Source: Candidatus Methylomirabilota bacterium (lineage in GTDB: Bacteria > Methylomirabilota > Methylomirabilia > Rokubacteriales > CSP1-6). From it: 50,164 nt of DNA. The notes under the pieces are model-generated. The model saw only the letters and a program-made list of their open reading frames with translations. It had not been told where the DNA came from and searched no databases. The stretch covers positions 1 to 50,164 of the forward strand of contig DASZJM010000129.1 of assembly GCA_035948165.1 (NCBI GenBank), read 5' to 3'. Numbering within the stretch: the first letter of the stretch is position 1; each line of letters opens with the position of its first letter. Shown here in pieces: positions 14,880 to 23,534 of the stretch. The translations under genes were made by a program, and so were the position numbers.

Positions 14880-15584
14880 ATGACCGATATGTGGGGCGAT
14901 CTGGTGTGGGCCGCTCTCGGCGATCTCAAGACGAGGCTGATGCTCGTCCTCCCGGGAATCCTGGCGATGTTGACCCTGGCCGCGGTCGGGCTCGCCGGCG
15001 CGTGGATCAGCGCCCGCGTCGCGCGCCGGCTCGCGCAGGCGGTGGCCTTCGACCGCCGCGCGGAGGCGTGGGGCATCGTGGCCGCGCTCAACCGCGCGGG
15101 CGTGCGCAAGGCGCCCTCGCAGGTGCTGGGGCTCGTCGTCTTCTGGAGCGTGCTCGTGCTGTTCCTGCCGGTGGCCATCGACGCCCTCGCGATTCCCGGG
15201 ACCGGGCGCCTCACCGAGTTCGTCTTCTCGTGGGTCCCGCGCGTCATGGGCGCCGCCCTCATCCTGCTGGTGGGCTGGCTGGTCGCGAACTTCCTCGGCG
15301 AGGGCGCGCTCATCGCGGCGGTCAACGCCCGCCTGCCCGAGGCGCGGCTCCTGGCCCGCGCCATCCGCTGGGGCGTGCTGCTCTTCGCGAGCGCGACCGC
15401 GATCACTCACCTGGGCATCGGCAAGGAGATGGTGCTGGTCGCGTTCGGGATCACGTTCGGCGGGCTCATCTTCGCCCTCGCGCTGGCCTTCGGCCTCGGC
15501 GGGCGCGGCCTGGCCCGCCAGATCCTCGAGCGGCACATCCGCAGTCGCGAGCCGCACCCGCGCGAGACCCTGACCCACCTCTAG
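14880..15584 (+). CDS. Multi-pass membrane protein with conserved TM-helix repeats (resembles the N-terminal region of MscS-type channels)
   Basis: Start at MTDMWGDL within ORF 14814..15584. Repeated TM modules (LPGILAMLTLAAVGLAGAWISARVA; MGAALILLVGWLVANFLGEG; WGVLLFASATAITHLGIG). Only 4 nt before treY. Confidence 0.55.
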   Translation: MTDMWGDLVWAALGDLKTRLMLVLPGILAMLTLAAVGLAGAWISARVARRLAQAVAFDRRAEAWGIVAALNRAGVRKAPSQVLGLVVFWSVLVLFLPVAIDALAIPGTGRLTEFVFSWVPRVMGAALILLVGWLVANFLGEGALIAAVNARLPEARLLARAIRWGVLLFASATAITHLGIGKEMVLVAFGITFGGLIFALALAFGLGGRGLARQILERHIRSREPHPRETLTHL

Positions 15585-15588
15585 GCGC

Positions 15589-18500
15589 ATGATCGACGCC
15601 GGCGTGCTCCTCCAGCAAGCGGCGGCCGCGCTGCGCCACGAGCGCCGCGCGAGCTACCGCCTCCAGCTCGGGAGCGCGCTGGGCTTCGACGACGTGGCCG
15701 CCCTCGCGCCCTACCTGGACGCGCTCGGGGTCAGCGACGTCTACCTCTCGCCCTGCTTCCGGTGCGGCCCCGGCAGCTCCCACGGCTACGACGTCACCGA
15801 CCACAACGCGTTCAATCCCGAGCTCGGCAGCCCGGCCACCTTCGACCGGATGGCCGCCACCCTGTCCGCGCGCGGCCTCGGCCTCATCCTGGACGTGGTG
15901 CCGAACCACATGGGCATCGCGGGTGACGCCAACCCCTGGTGGCTCGACGTGCTCGAGAACGGCCCCGCCTCCCCGCGCGCCGAGTTCTTCGACATCGATT
16001 GGGCCCCGGCCAAGGCCGAGCTGCGCAATCGCGTGCTGCTGCCGATCCTGCCCGATCAGTACGGCCGCGTGCTCGAATCGCAGCAGCTCGCGCTCGAGTT
16101 CGTGGACGGCGCCTTCCACCTGCGGTACGCGGGCGCGCGCCTGCCGATCACCCCGCGCACCTACCCGCAGATCCTCACCGACGGGCTCGAGCCCCTGGCC
16201 GAGCGCCTCGGGCCGGAGGACCCCGGGCTCCAGGAGCTGCGCAGCATCCTGACCGCGATCGAGCATCTCCCCGGGCGCACCGAGACCGATCCGCGCCGGG
16301 TGGAGGAGCGCATGCGCGAGAAGGAGATCGTCAAGCGCCGCCTGCTCGCCCTCGTGAAGGAGTCGTCCGACATCCGGGAGCACATCGAGGAGACGGTGCG
16401 ACGGTTCAACGGGGTTCCCGGCGATCCGGCCTCCTTCGACGCGCTCGATCGGGTGCTCTCCGCGCAGACCTACCGCCTGGCCGACTGGCGCGTCGCGGGC
16501 GACGAGGTGAACTACCGCCGCTTCTTCGACGTGAGCCACCTCGCCGCGATCCGCATGGAGCGCCGCACCGTGTTCGACGCGACCCACCAGCTCGTCCTGC
16601 GCCTGGTCGGCGAGGGCAAGGTCACCGGGCTGCGCATCGATCACCCGGACGGCCTCTACGCGCCCGGCGAGTACTTCCGCCGCGTGCAGGAGGGCGCGCT
16701 GGTGGCCACCGCGCGGCGGCTGGTGCCCGAGCTGACCGGGCCGGAGGCGGAGGCGCTGGCCGCGCTCTACCGCACCCACGCGGCCGATCAAGCGGCCAGC
16801 CTGGAGGCCCGGCCGCTCTGGATCGCGGCCGAGAAGATCCTGGGCACGGACGAGCCCCTTCCGGGGTGGTGGGTGGTCGCCGGCACCACCGGCTACGATT
16901 TCCTCGCCAGCGTGAACGGGCTCTTCGTCGACCGCGGGACCTCGCGGCAGATGACCGCGCTCTACGCGCGGGTGGCCGGCGACGGCGCCCGCATGGCCGA
17001 TCTCACCTACGAGGCGAAGCGGCTCATCATGCAGGTCTCGATGGCGAGCGAGATCAATCAGCTCGGCTACCACCTCGACCGCATGTCCGAGCGTGACCGC
17101 CTCGCCCGCGACTTCACCCTGCCGAGCCTCGGGCGCGCGATCCGCGAGGTGGTGGCCGCCTTCGCGGTCTATCGCACCTACGTGGGCGACGACGGAAGCG
17201 ACGGCCCCGGTCCGCGCGATCGCGGCTACATCGAGTCCGCGGTCGCGGAGGCCAAGCGCCGCAACCCCACCGTGAACGTGTCGATCTTCGACTTCGTGCG
17301 CGACGTGCTGCTGCTGCGCCACCCGGAGCGGAGCGGATCCGACGAGCGCGCCGCGCGCCGCCACTTCGCGATGCGCTTCCAGCAGACCACCGGGCCGGTC
17401 ACCGCCAAGGGGGTGGAGGACACCGCCTTCTACCGCTACAACCGCCTGGTCTCGCTCAACGAGGTGGGCGGCGACCCCGCGCGCTACGGGGAGTCCGTCG
17501 CGGTGTTCCACGCGCGCAACCAGCAGCGGCTCGAGCGCTGGCCGGAGTCCATGCTCGCCACCTCGACCCACGACACCAAGCGCGGCGAGGACGTGCGCGC
17601 CCGCATCGACGTCCTCTCCGAGGTGCCCGACGCGTGGGCCGCCGAGGTTCGCCGCTGGCGCGGGATCGCCCGGCGCCTCAAGCGGCAAGTCGATGGCGAG
17701 GCCGCGCCCGACCGCAACGACGAGTACCTGCTCTACCAGACCCTGATGGGCGCCTGGCCCGCGCGCGACGAGGACGAGCCGCTCGCGACCGTCACCGATC
17801 GGCTGGTCGCCTACATGGAGAAGGCCACCAAGGAGGCGAAACGGCGCACGAGCTGGGTCAACCCGAGCGAGGGCTACGACGAGGCGATGCGCGGCTTCGT
17901 GCGGGCCCTGCTCGCCCCGGACGGCCCGTTCCTCGCCGCCTTCCGCCCCTTCCAGCGGCGCGTGGCCGCCCACGGGGCGGTCAACTCGCTCGCCCAGACG
18001 CTGCTCAAGCTCAGCGTCCCCGGCATGCCCGATCTCTACCAGGGCACCGAGCTGTGGGACCTCTCGCTGGTCGATCCGGACAACCGTCGCCCGGTGGACT
18101 TCGCGACGCGAGGGGCGCGCCTCGAGGCTCTGCGGGCCCGCATCGCGGCCCTCGAGGCCGCGGGCGGCGACGCCACCGGGCTCTGCGCCGAGCTGCTCAC
18201 CCAGTGGCCGGACGCCGGGGTGAAGCTCTACCTCACCCACCGAGCGCTCACCCTCCGGCGCGAGCGGGCCGCGCTCTTCGCCTCGGGCGCCTACCGCCCG
18301 CTCGAGACGAGCGGCACGCGCGCCGATCACCTGGTGGCGCTGGCCCGGACCGCCGGGGCGGACGCGGTGGTCACCGTGGTACCGCGCCTCACCGCGCGGC
18401 TCGGCGGGCTCACCGGCCGCATCCAGCTGGACGCGGCCACCTGGGAGCGGACCGCGGTCGTCCTCCCCGAGGAGCTCGCGGGCGCCTATCGCGACCGTCT

Positions 18501-18624
18501 CACCGGCCTCGGCGTGACGAGCGAGCGCCGCGACGGGGTCGCGGTGCTGCCCGCCGCGGCCCTCCTCGCCCGCTTCCCGGTCGCGCTCCTCGAGCGCGTC
18601 ACCGCCCCCGGTCCCGCCCGATGA
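15589..18624 (+). CDS. treY: Malto-oligosyltrehalose synthase
   Basis: 1011 aa. N-terminus SYRLQLGSALGFDDVAALAPYLDALGVSDVYLSPCF...SSHGYDVTDHN...ILDVVPNHMG plus the long TreY-specific middle and C-terminal regions. Confidence 0.9.
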   Translation: MIDAGVLLQQAAAALRHERRASYRLQLGSALGFDDVAALAPYLDALGVSDVYLSPCFRCGPGSSHGYDVTDHNAFNPELGSPATFDRMAATLSARGLGLILDVVPNHMGIAGDANPWWLDVLENGPASPRAEFFDIDWAPAKAELRNRVLLPILPDQYGRVLESQQLALEFVDGAFHLRYAGARLPITPRTYPQILTDGLEPLAERLGPEDPGLQELRSILTAIEHLPGRTETDPRRVEERMREKEIVKRRLLALVKESSDIREHIEETVRRFNGVPGDPASFDALDRVLSAQTYRLADWRVAGDEVNYRRFFDVSHLAAIRMERRTVFDATHQLVLRLVGEGKVTGLRIDHPDGLYAPGEYFRRVQEGALVATARRLVPELTGPEAEALAALYRTHAADQAASLEARPLWIAAEKILGTDEPLPGWWVVAGTTGYDFLASVNGLFVDRGTSRQMTALYARVAGDGARMADLTYEAKRLIMQVSMASEINQLGYHLDRMSERDRLARDFTLPSLGRAIREVVAAFAVYRTYVGDDGSDGPGPRDRGYIESAVAEAKRRNPTVNVSIFDFVRDVLLLRHPERSGSDERAARRHFAMRFQQTTGPVTAKGVEDTAFYRYNRLVSLNEVGGDPARYGESVAVFHARNQQRLERWPESMLATSTHDTKRGEDVRARIDVLSEVPDAWAAEVRRWRGIARRLKRQVDGEAAPDRNDEYLLYQTLMGAWPARDEDEPLATVTDRLVAYMEKATKEAKRRTSWVNPSEGYDEAMRGFVRALLAPDGPFLAAFRPFQRRVAAHGAVNSLAQTLLKLSVPGMPDLYQGTELWDLSLVDPDNRRPVDFATRGARLEALRARIAALEAAGGDATGLCAELLTQWPDAGVKLYLTHRALTLRRERAALFASGAYRPLETSGTRADHLVALARTAGADAVVTVVPRLTARLGGLTGRIQLDAATWERTAVVLPEELAGAYRDRLTGLGVTSERRDGVAVLPAAALLARFPVALLERVTAPGPAR

Positions 18625-20462
18625 CCGCGACCCCCACCGTCCGGCGCGCGCACCGCATGCCCTTTGGGGCTCTCCCGCAGGGCGACGGCGGCACCATGTT
18701 CCGGCTGTGGTCGCCGGGCGCGGACCGCGTCGAGCTCTGGCTGGAGGAGCCGAAGCGCGCGGTGCCGATGCCGCGCGACGCGGGCGGCTGGGCCGAGTAC
18801 GTGAGCCGCGAGGCGCCGCCCGGCACGCGCTATCGCTACCGCATCGACGGCGAGATGCTGGTGCCCGATCCGGCCGCCCGCTATCAGCCCGGCGACGTGC
18901 ACGGGGCGAGCGAGGTCGTCGATCCGCTCGCCTACGGCTGGCGCGACGGCGCGTGGGCCGGCCTGCCCCCCGAGCGGCTCGTCTTCTACGAGCTGCACGT
19001 GGGCACGTTCACGCCCGACGGCACCTTCCGCGGCGTGGCGGACCGGCTCGACCACCTGGCCTCGCTCGGGGTCACCGCGATCGAGCTGATGCCCGTCGCC
19101 GACTTCCCCGGCCGCTGGGGCTGGGGCTACGACGGCGTGCTCCTCTTCGCCCCCGAGGCGAGCTACGGGCACCCGGACGATCTCAAGGCCCTGGTGGACG
19201 GCTGCCACGCGCGCGGTCTCGCGGTCTTCCTCGACGTGGTGTACAACCACTTCGGCCCGGAGGGGAACTACCTCCACCGCTACGCCCCGGGCTTCTTCAC
19301 CCCACGCCACCGCTCGCTCTGGGGCGACGGCATCAACTACGACGGCCCGGGGGCCGAGATCGTCCGCTCCTTCATGATCCACAACGCGCTCTACTGGCTC
19401 GAGGAGTTCCACCTCGACGGTCTGCGCCTGGACGCGGTCAACGCGATCGTGGACGACTCGGCCGCGCATCTCCTGGTAGAGCTCGGGCGCGCGGTGGCCG
19501 ATGGACCCGGCCGCGAGCGCCCGGTGCACCTGGTCCTCGAGAACGGCGCCAACGAGGCGCGCTACCTCGAGCGCGCGGCGGATCGCCGCCCGCTCTACCA
19601 GGCCCAGTGGAACGACGACGCGCACCACGCGCTCCACGTGCTCCTCACCGGCGAGTCCGGCGGCTACTACGAGGACTACCAGCCTCCGCTGCCCCATCTC
19701 GGACGCTGCCTCACCGAGGGGTTCGCGTTCCAGGGCGAGCGCTCCGGGTACCGCGACGGTCTGCGCGGCGAGCCGAGCGGGCACCTGCCGCCGACCTCGT
19801 TCGTTGGCTTCCTGCAGAATCACGACCAGGTCGGCAACCGCGCGATGGGGGAGCGCATCACCGCGCTCGCCCAGGCGGACGCGGTCCGCGCGGCCACCGC
19901 GGTCCTCCTGCTCGCCCCCGCCCTGCCCCTGCTCTTCATGGGCGAGGAGTGGGCCGCCCCCGAGCCCTTCCTCTTCTTCAGCGACCTGGGATCCGACCTG
20001 GGGCCGTCGGTGGCGGAAGGCCGGCGCCGCGAGTTCGCGCGCTTCCCCGAGTTCGCGAGCCCCGCGATGCAGGAGCGCATCCCCGATCCCCAGGCCGCCA
20101 CCACGCGCGCGCGCTCCGTCCTCGACTGGGGCCGGCTCGCCGGGCCCGAGCACCAGGCCTGGCTCGCGCTCCACCGGACCCTCCTCCGGGTCCGCGCGGA
20201 GGCCATCGTGCCGCTGCTCGCGGCCGAGCCGACCCCGGCCGCTTCGTGGAAGGCGCTGGGCGAGACCGCGATCGAGATCGCGTGGAAGTTCCCGGCCGGC
20301 ACGCTGCGCCTGGTGGCGAACCTCGGGGCCGCTCCCATCGCCCATCCCGGCCCCGGTCCCGACTGGGGCCGGCGGCTCCACGCGCTGCTCCTGCCCGAGG
20401 GCGGCTGGCTGGAGCTGCCGCCGTGGAGCGCGGCGTTCTACCTCGCGGAGCCGGCGCGGTGA
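18621..20462 (+). CDS. treZ: Malto-oligosyltrehalose trehalohydrolase
   Basis: ATG 18621 overlaps the treY stop (ATGA). FRLWSPGADRVELWL...YRYRIDG...FYELHVGTFT...LGVTAIELMPV...GYDGV...FLDVVYNHFGPEGNYL...LDGLRLDAV (GH13). Confidence 0.9.
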   Translation: MTATPTVRRAHRMPFGALPQGDGGTMFRLWSPGADRVELWLEEPKRAVPMPRDAGGWAEYVSREAPPGTRYRYRIDGEMLVPDPAARYQPGDVHGASEVVDPLAYGWRDGAWAGLPPERLVFYELHVGTFTPDGTFRGVADRLDHLASLGVTAIELMPVADFPGRWGWGYDGVLLFAPEASYGHPDDLKALVDGCHARGLAVFLDVVYNHFGPEGNYLHRYAPGFFTPRHRSLWGDGINYDGPGAEIVRSFMIHNALYWLEEFHLDGLRLDAVNAIVDDSAAHLLVELGRAVADGPGRERPVHLVLENGANEARYLERAADRRPLYQAQWNDDAHHALHVLLTGESGGYYEDYQPPLPHLGRCLTEGFAFQGERSGYRDGLRGEPSGHLPPTSFVGFLQNHDQVGNRAMGERITALAQADAVRAATAVLLLAPALPLLFMGEEWAAPEPFLFFSDLGSDLGPSVAEGRRREFARFPEFASPAMQERIPDPQAATTRARSVLDWGRLAGPEHQAWLALHRTLLRVRAEAIVPLLAAEPTPAASWKALGETAIEIAWKFPAGTLRLVANLGAAPIAHPGPGPDWGRRLHALLLPEGGWLELPPWSAAFYLAEPAR

Positions 20463-21643
20463 TCACCCCCGGGGGGCTCACCGCGGGCGGCGGCCTTGGC
20501 CGCGATCGCGTCCCGGTACACCGCGAGCGTGCGCTCCGCGATGCGGTCCCAGGAGAAGTGCGCCTCGACGCGCCGGCGGCCGGCCTCGCCCATCCGGCGC
20601 GCGCGGGCCGGATCGGCGAGCGCGACGCGGAGCGCCTCCGCGAGCGCGGTCGGATCGCCCGGCGGGACGAGCCAGCCGGTCTCGCCGTCCACCACGACCT
20701 CGGGGATACCCCCGACGCGGCTCGCCACCACCGGGGTGCCGCACGCCATCGCCTCGAGGTTGATGAGGCCGAACGGCTCGTAGATCGACGGGCACACGAA
20801 CACGGACGCGTGGCTGTAGAGCTGCACGACCTCCGCGACCGGCAGCATCGCGTTGATCCAGCGCACGCGGGAGCGGCCGGCCACCGCGGCCTCGAGCCGG
20901 GCGGCCAGCTCCGGGGTATCGGGGCTGCTCGCGCAGAGCACCAGCGAGACGGCGTCGGGCAGCGCGCGGGCCGCCTCGAGCAGCGGGAAGATGCCCTTCT
21001 GCTCGCTGATGCGGCCGACGAAGAGCACGTACGGCTCGCGCACCCCGTGCCGCGCGAGGGCCTCCCGCTGCTCGGTCCGGCGGAACGCCTCCGCGTCGAC
21101 GCCGTTGTGGATCACCACCACCCGGTCCGGCTCCACCCGGAAGTGAACCAGGATGTCCTCCCGCATCTGGGCCGACACCGCGATCACGCGCTCCGCCCGC
21201 TCGACCGCGAGGCGCTCCGCCCAGGTCGACACCGCGTAGCCGGTGCCGAGCTGATCGGCCTTCCACGGCCGCAGCGGCTCCATGCTGTGGAGCGTGACCA
21301 CGAGCGGGAGGTCGTGGATCGCCTGCACCAGCATGCCTCCGAATCCCACGTACCACGTGTGGGTGTGGACGAGGTCGGCCGCGACCGGGTCGCGCGCCAT
21401 CGCGAGCCCGACCGAGAGCGCTTCCAGCGCGGGCGCGTACGCGACCTCCGGGCCGCCGTGGAGCCGCTCCCACGGGGCGTAGCCGCGCACGCTCAGGCGG
21501 GCCCCCGCGAGCGCCTGGTCGCCGAAGCAGCGCACCTCGACGGTGGCGCGGCGGGCGAGCGCGCGGCTCAGGTGGTCCACCACCACGCCGGCGCCGCCGT
21601 AGACGTGCGGCGGGTACTCGCGGCTCAGGAGCAGGATTCGCAT
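20438..21643 (-). CDS. glgM: GT4 glycosyltransferase of the actinobacterial-type GlgA/GlgM family (candidate maltose-1-phosphate synthase)
   Basis: MRILLLSREYPPHVYGGAGVVVDHLSRAL... with an intact EX7E motif in YEPFGLINLEAMACGTPVVAS. The GlgM call rests on genomic context with glgE. Convergent 25-nt overlap with treZ. Confidence 0.7.
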   Translation of the reverse strand: MRILLLSREYPPHVYGGAGVVVDHLSRALARRATVEVRCFGDQALAGARLSVRGYAPWERLHGGPEVAYAPALEALSVGLAMARDPVAADLVHTHTWYVGFGGMLVQAIHDLPLVVTLHSMEPLRPWKADQLGTGYAVSTWAERLAVERAERVIAVSAQMREDILVHFRVEPDRVVVIHNGVDAEAFRRTEQREALARHGVREPYVLFVGRISEQKGIFPLLEAARALPDAVSLVLCASSPDTPELAARLEAAVAGRSRVRWINAMLPVAEVVQLYSHASVFVCPSIYEPFGLINLEAMACGTPVVASRVGGIPEVVVDGETGWLVPPGDPTALAEALRVALADPARARRMGEAGRRRVEAHFSWDRIAERTLAVYRDAIAAKAAARGEPPGGDHRAGSAR

Positions 21644-21672
21644 CGACCTCGTCCTTGGGGAGAGCTTACCGC

Positions 21673-22335
21673 ATGAGCGAGACCCAGCCCTTCGTCTTCC
21701 TCGGCTGCCTCGACCTGAACGAGCTGCTGCCCCACGAGGCCCACGACGCCCGGGAGCTCGTCCAGCAGCTCGAGAAGGTGCCGGTCGAGTCGATCTTCTG
21801 CCACACGTCGGCGGCCCTCCTCCATCGCCCGGTGCTCGCGGAGGCGTACCCGAACGACTTCTCGCTGTGGGTGGGCACCGAGGTCCGCGACGTCCGCCTC
21901 GCGGAGCGGCTCGCCGCGGTGGACGCCTTCCACGCCGGCTCGATGGAGCGCGTGCGCGAGGAGCTCATCGCCACCATCTCCGATCACCTCCAGCACCTCG
22001 GCACCGCTCCGCCGCGCACCCAGGGCAAGCGCTTCCGCTTCTACCAGGTGCACCTGGTACCGGTGCCGACCGGGCACCAGGCCCGCACCCTCACCGAGTT
22101 CCGCGACGCGCTCGCGGAGGTCGACGTGAGCGCGCTCTTCTACCACACCATCGAGGCGCGCTATCGCGCGGGCCGCGGCCGGGGCGACTTCGCGGAGTGG
22201 GTCGGCGGGGTCCTCGCCCGTCCCGACCTGGCCGATCGGCTCGCCCACATCGATCCGCACGCGGGCAGCCTCGAGCGCATCCGCGATCGGCACCTGAGCG
22301 TGCTCAGCGACGCCATCGCCGGCGAGGCCGCCTGA
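21673..22335 (+). CDS. Uncharacterised protein, DUF5752-like by recollection
   Basis: MSETQPFVFLGCLDLNELLPHEAHDARELVQQLEKVPVESIFCHT... (220 aa). An alternative TTG start exists at 21655. The stop overlaps the next start (TGATG). Family name needs HMM confirmation. Confidence 0.6.
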   Translation: MSETQPFVFLGCLDLNELLPHEAHDARELVQQLEKVPVESIFCHTSAALLHRPVLAEAYPNDFSLWVGTEVRDVRLAERLAAVDAFHAGSMERVREELIATISDHLQHLGTAPPRTQGKRFRFYQVHLVPVPTGHQARTLTEFRDALAEVDVSALFYHTIEARYRAGRGRGDFAEWVGGVLARPDLADRLAHIDPHAGSLERIRDRHLSVLSDAIAGEAA

Positions 22336-23534
22336 TGGCCCCCGGCGCGCTGGTCAAGCTCGACGACTACCGCCAGGTCGCCCCCCGCGGCACGGTCGAC
22401 TTCCTCATGCGCATCGGCGAGCGCCTGCGCGGCAAGCGCCTCCTCCACGTGAGCGCGTCGCGCTACGGCGCGCTCGCCGAGAGCCTCGGCCGGGTGGTGG
22501 CGATCCTGAACGACCTGGGCGTCGAGACCACCTGGGAGATCACCATCGGCACCGCCGACTTCGACCAGGTGAGCCGCGCGGTGACCAAGGCGCTCGGGGG
22601 CACCGAGCAGGTCATCACCGAGGGCATGCTCGCGCGCCTGCGCGAGACCGGCATCGACAACGCCCGGCGCCTCCGCCTCGACGCCGACCTGGTGATGGTG
22701 CACGACGCGGCCCCGGTGGGCCTGGTGGAGCCGCGCGGGGAGACCGGCCGGTGGGTGTGGCGGTGCCACCAGGACCTCTCCTCGGCCCAGCCCCAGCTCT
22801 GGAACGCGCTGCGCCCGCTGGTCCAGCGCTACGACGCGGCGGTGTTCTCGCTCGCCCGCTTCGCGGCGCCGCTCTCCATCCCGCGCTTCATCGTCTATCC
22901 CGCGATCGATCCGCTCTCCGAGCGCAACCGGGAGATGAGCCGCAGCGAGCAGGCGCAGCAGATGGATCGGCTGCGGGTGCCGCGCGACAAGCCGATCCTC
23001 CTCCAGGTCGGGCCGTTCGAGCGCCAGCACGATCCGGCCGGGGTGATCAACGCCTACCGGCTCGTGAAGCGCCACCACGACGTCCGCCTCGTGCTGGCCG
23101 GGCCGCCCCCCGCCCCCGGCGGCGACGCCCTCGGCGACCTGCAGGAGGCGGCCTCCCACGACCCCGACATCTCGGTCATCCTGCTGCCGCCGGATCCCCA
23201 GACCGAGCTGAACGCGCTCGAGCGCGCCGCCACCATCGCGATCCAGAAGCCGCTGAAGGCCGATTTCACCCTGGAGGTGGCGACCGCGATGTGGAAGGGC
23301 AAGCCGGTCATCGGTACCATCGCGGGCGGCATCCCATTTCAGATGGTCGTCAACGTCACCGGGTATACCGTGGAGACCGTGGAGGGCGCCGCGTTCCGCA
23401 TCCGTCAGCTGTTGTCGAACCCCGAGCTCATCGGCCGGATGGGCGCGGCGGGGCGCGAGCACGTGCGCCGGAACTTCCTGGTGACCCGCCACCTGAGCGA
23501 CTACCTGGCGCTGCTCGCCCACCTGACCGGGTGA
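22335..23534 (+). CDS. TreT-like GT4 glycosyltransferase homologue lacking both EX7E glutamates (possible pseudo-enzyme)
   Basis: 399 aa. The C-terminal block ELNALERAATIAIQKPLKADFTLEVATAMWKGKPVIGTIAGGIPFQ closely resembles the trehalose glycosyltransferring synthase block ...REGFGLTVTEAMWKGKPVIG..., but with A309 and T317 at the E positions. The N-terminal HVSASRYGALAES stands in place of the Gly-rich HVNST..GGGVAE loop. Confidence 0.75.
   Translation: MAPGALVKLDDYRQVAPRGTVDFLMRIGERLRGKRLLHVSASRYGALAESLGRVVAILNDLGVETTWEITIGTADFDQVSRAVTKALGGTEQVITEGMLARLRETGIDNARRLRLDADLVMVHDAAPVGLVEPRGETGRWVWRCHQDLSSAQPQLWNALRPLVQRYDAAVFSLARFAAPLSIPRFIVYPAIDPLSERNREMSRSEQAQQMDRLRVPRDKPILLQVGPFERQHDPAGVINAYRLVKRHHDVRLVLAGPPPAPGGDALGDLQEAASHDPDISVILLPPDPQTELNALERAATIAIQKPLKADFTLEVATAMWKGKPVIGTIAGGIPFQMVVNVTGYTVETVEGAAFRIRQLLSNPELIGRMGAAGREHVRRNFLVTRHLSDYLALLAHLTG

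Noticed and set aside
17634-18620. Upstream extension of the treZ ORF (942-aa version)
   Set aside because: The extension overlaps treY in another frame and is Arg/Pro/Gly junk. ATG 18621 overlapping the treY stop gives a normal-length TreZ.
21627-21641. AGGAGC-aggat-TCGC upstream of the DUF5752-like gene as a possible sigma-54 element
   Set aside because: Only the GG-N10-GC invariants match, which is frequent by chance at this GC content. It lies inside the glgM-like coding sequence. I found no convincing promoter for the 21673-29994 string.
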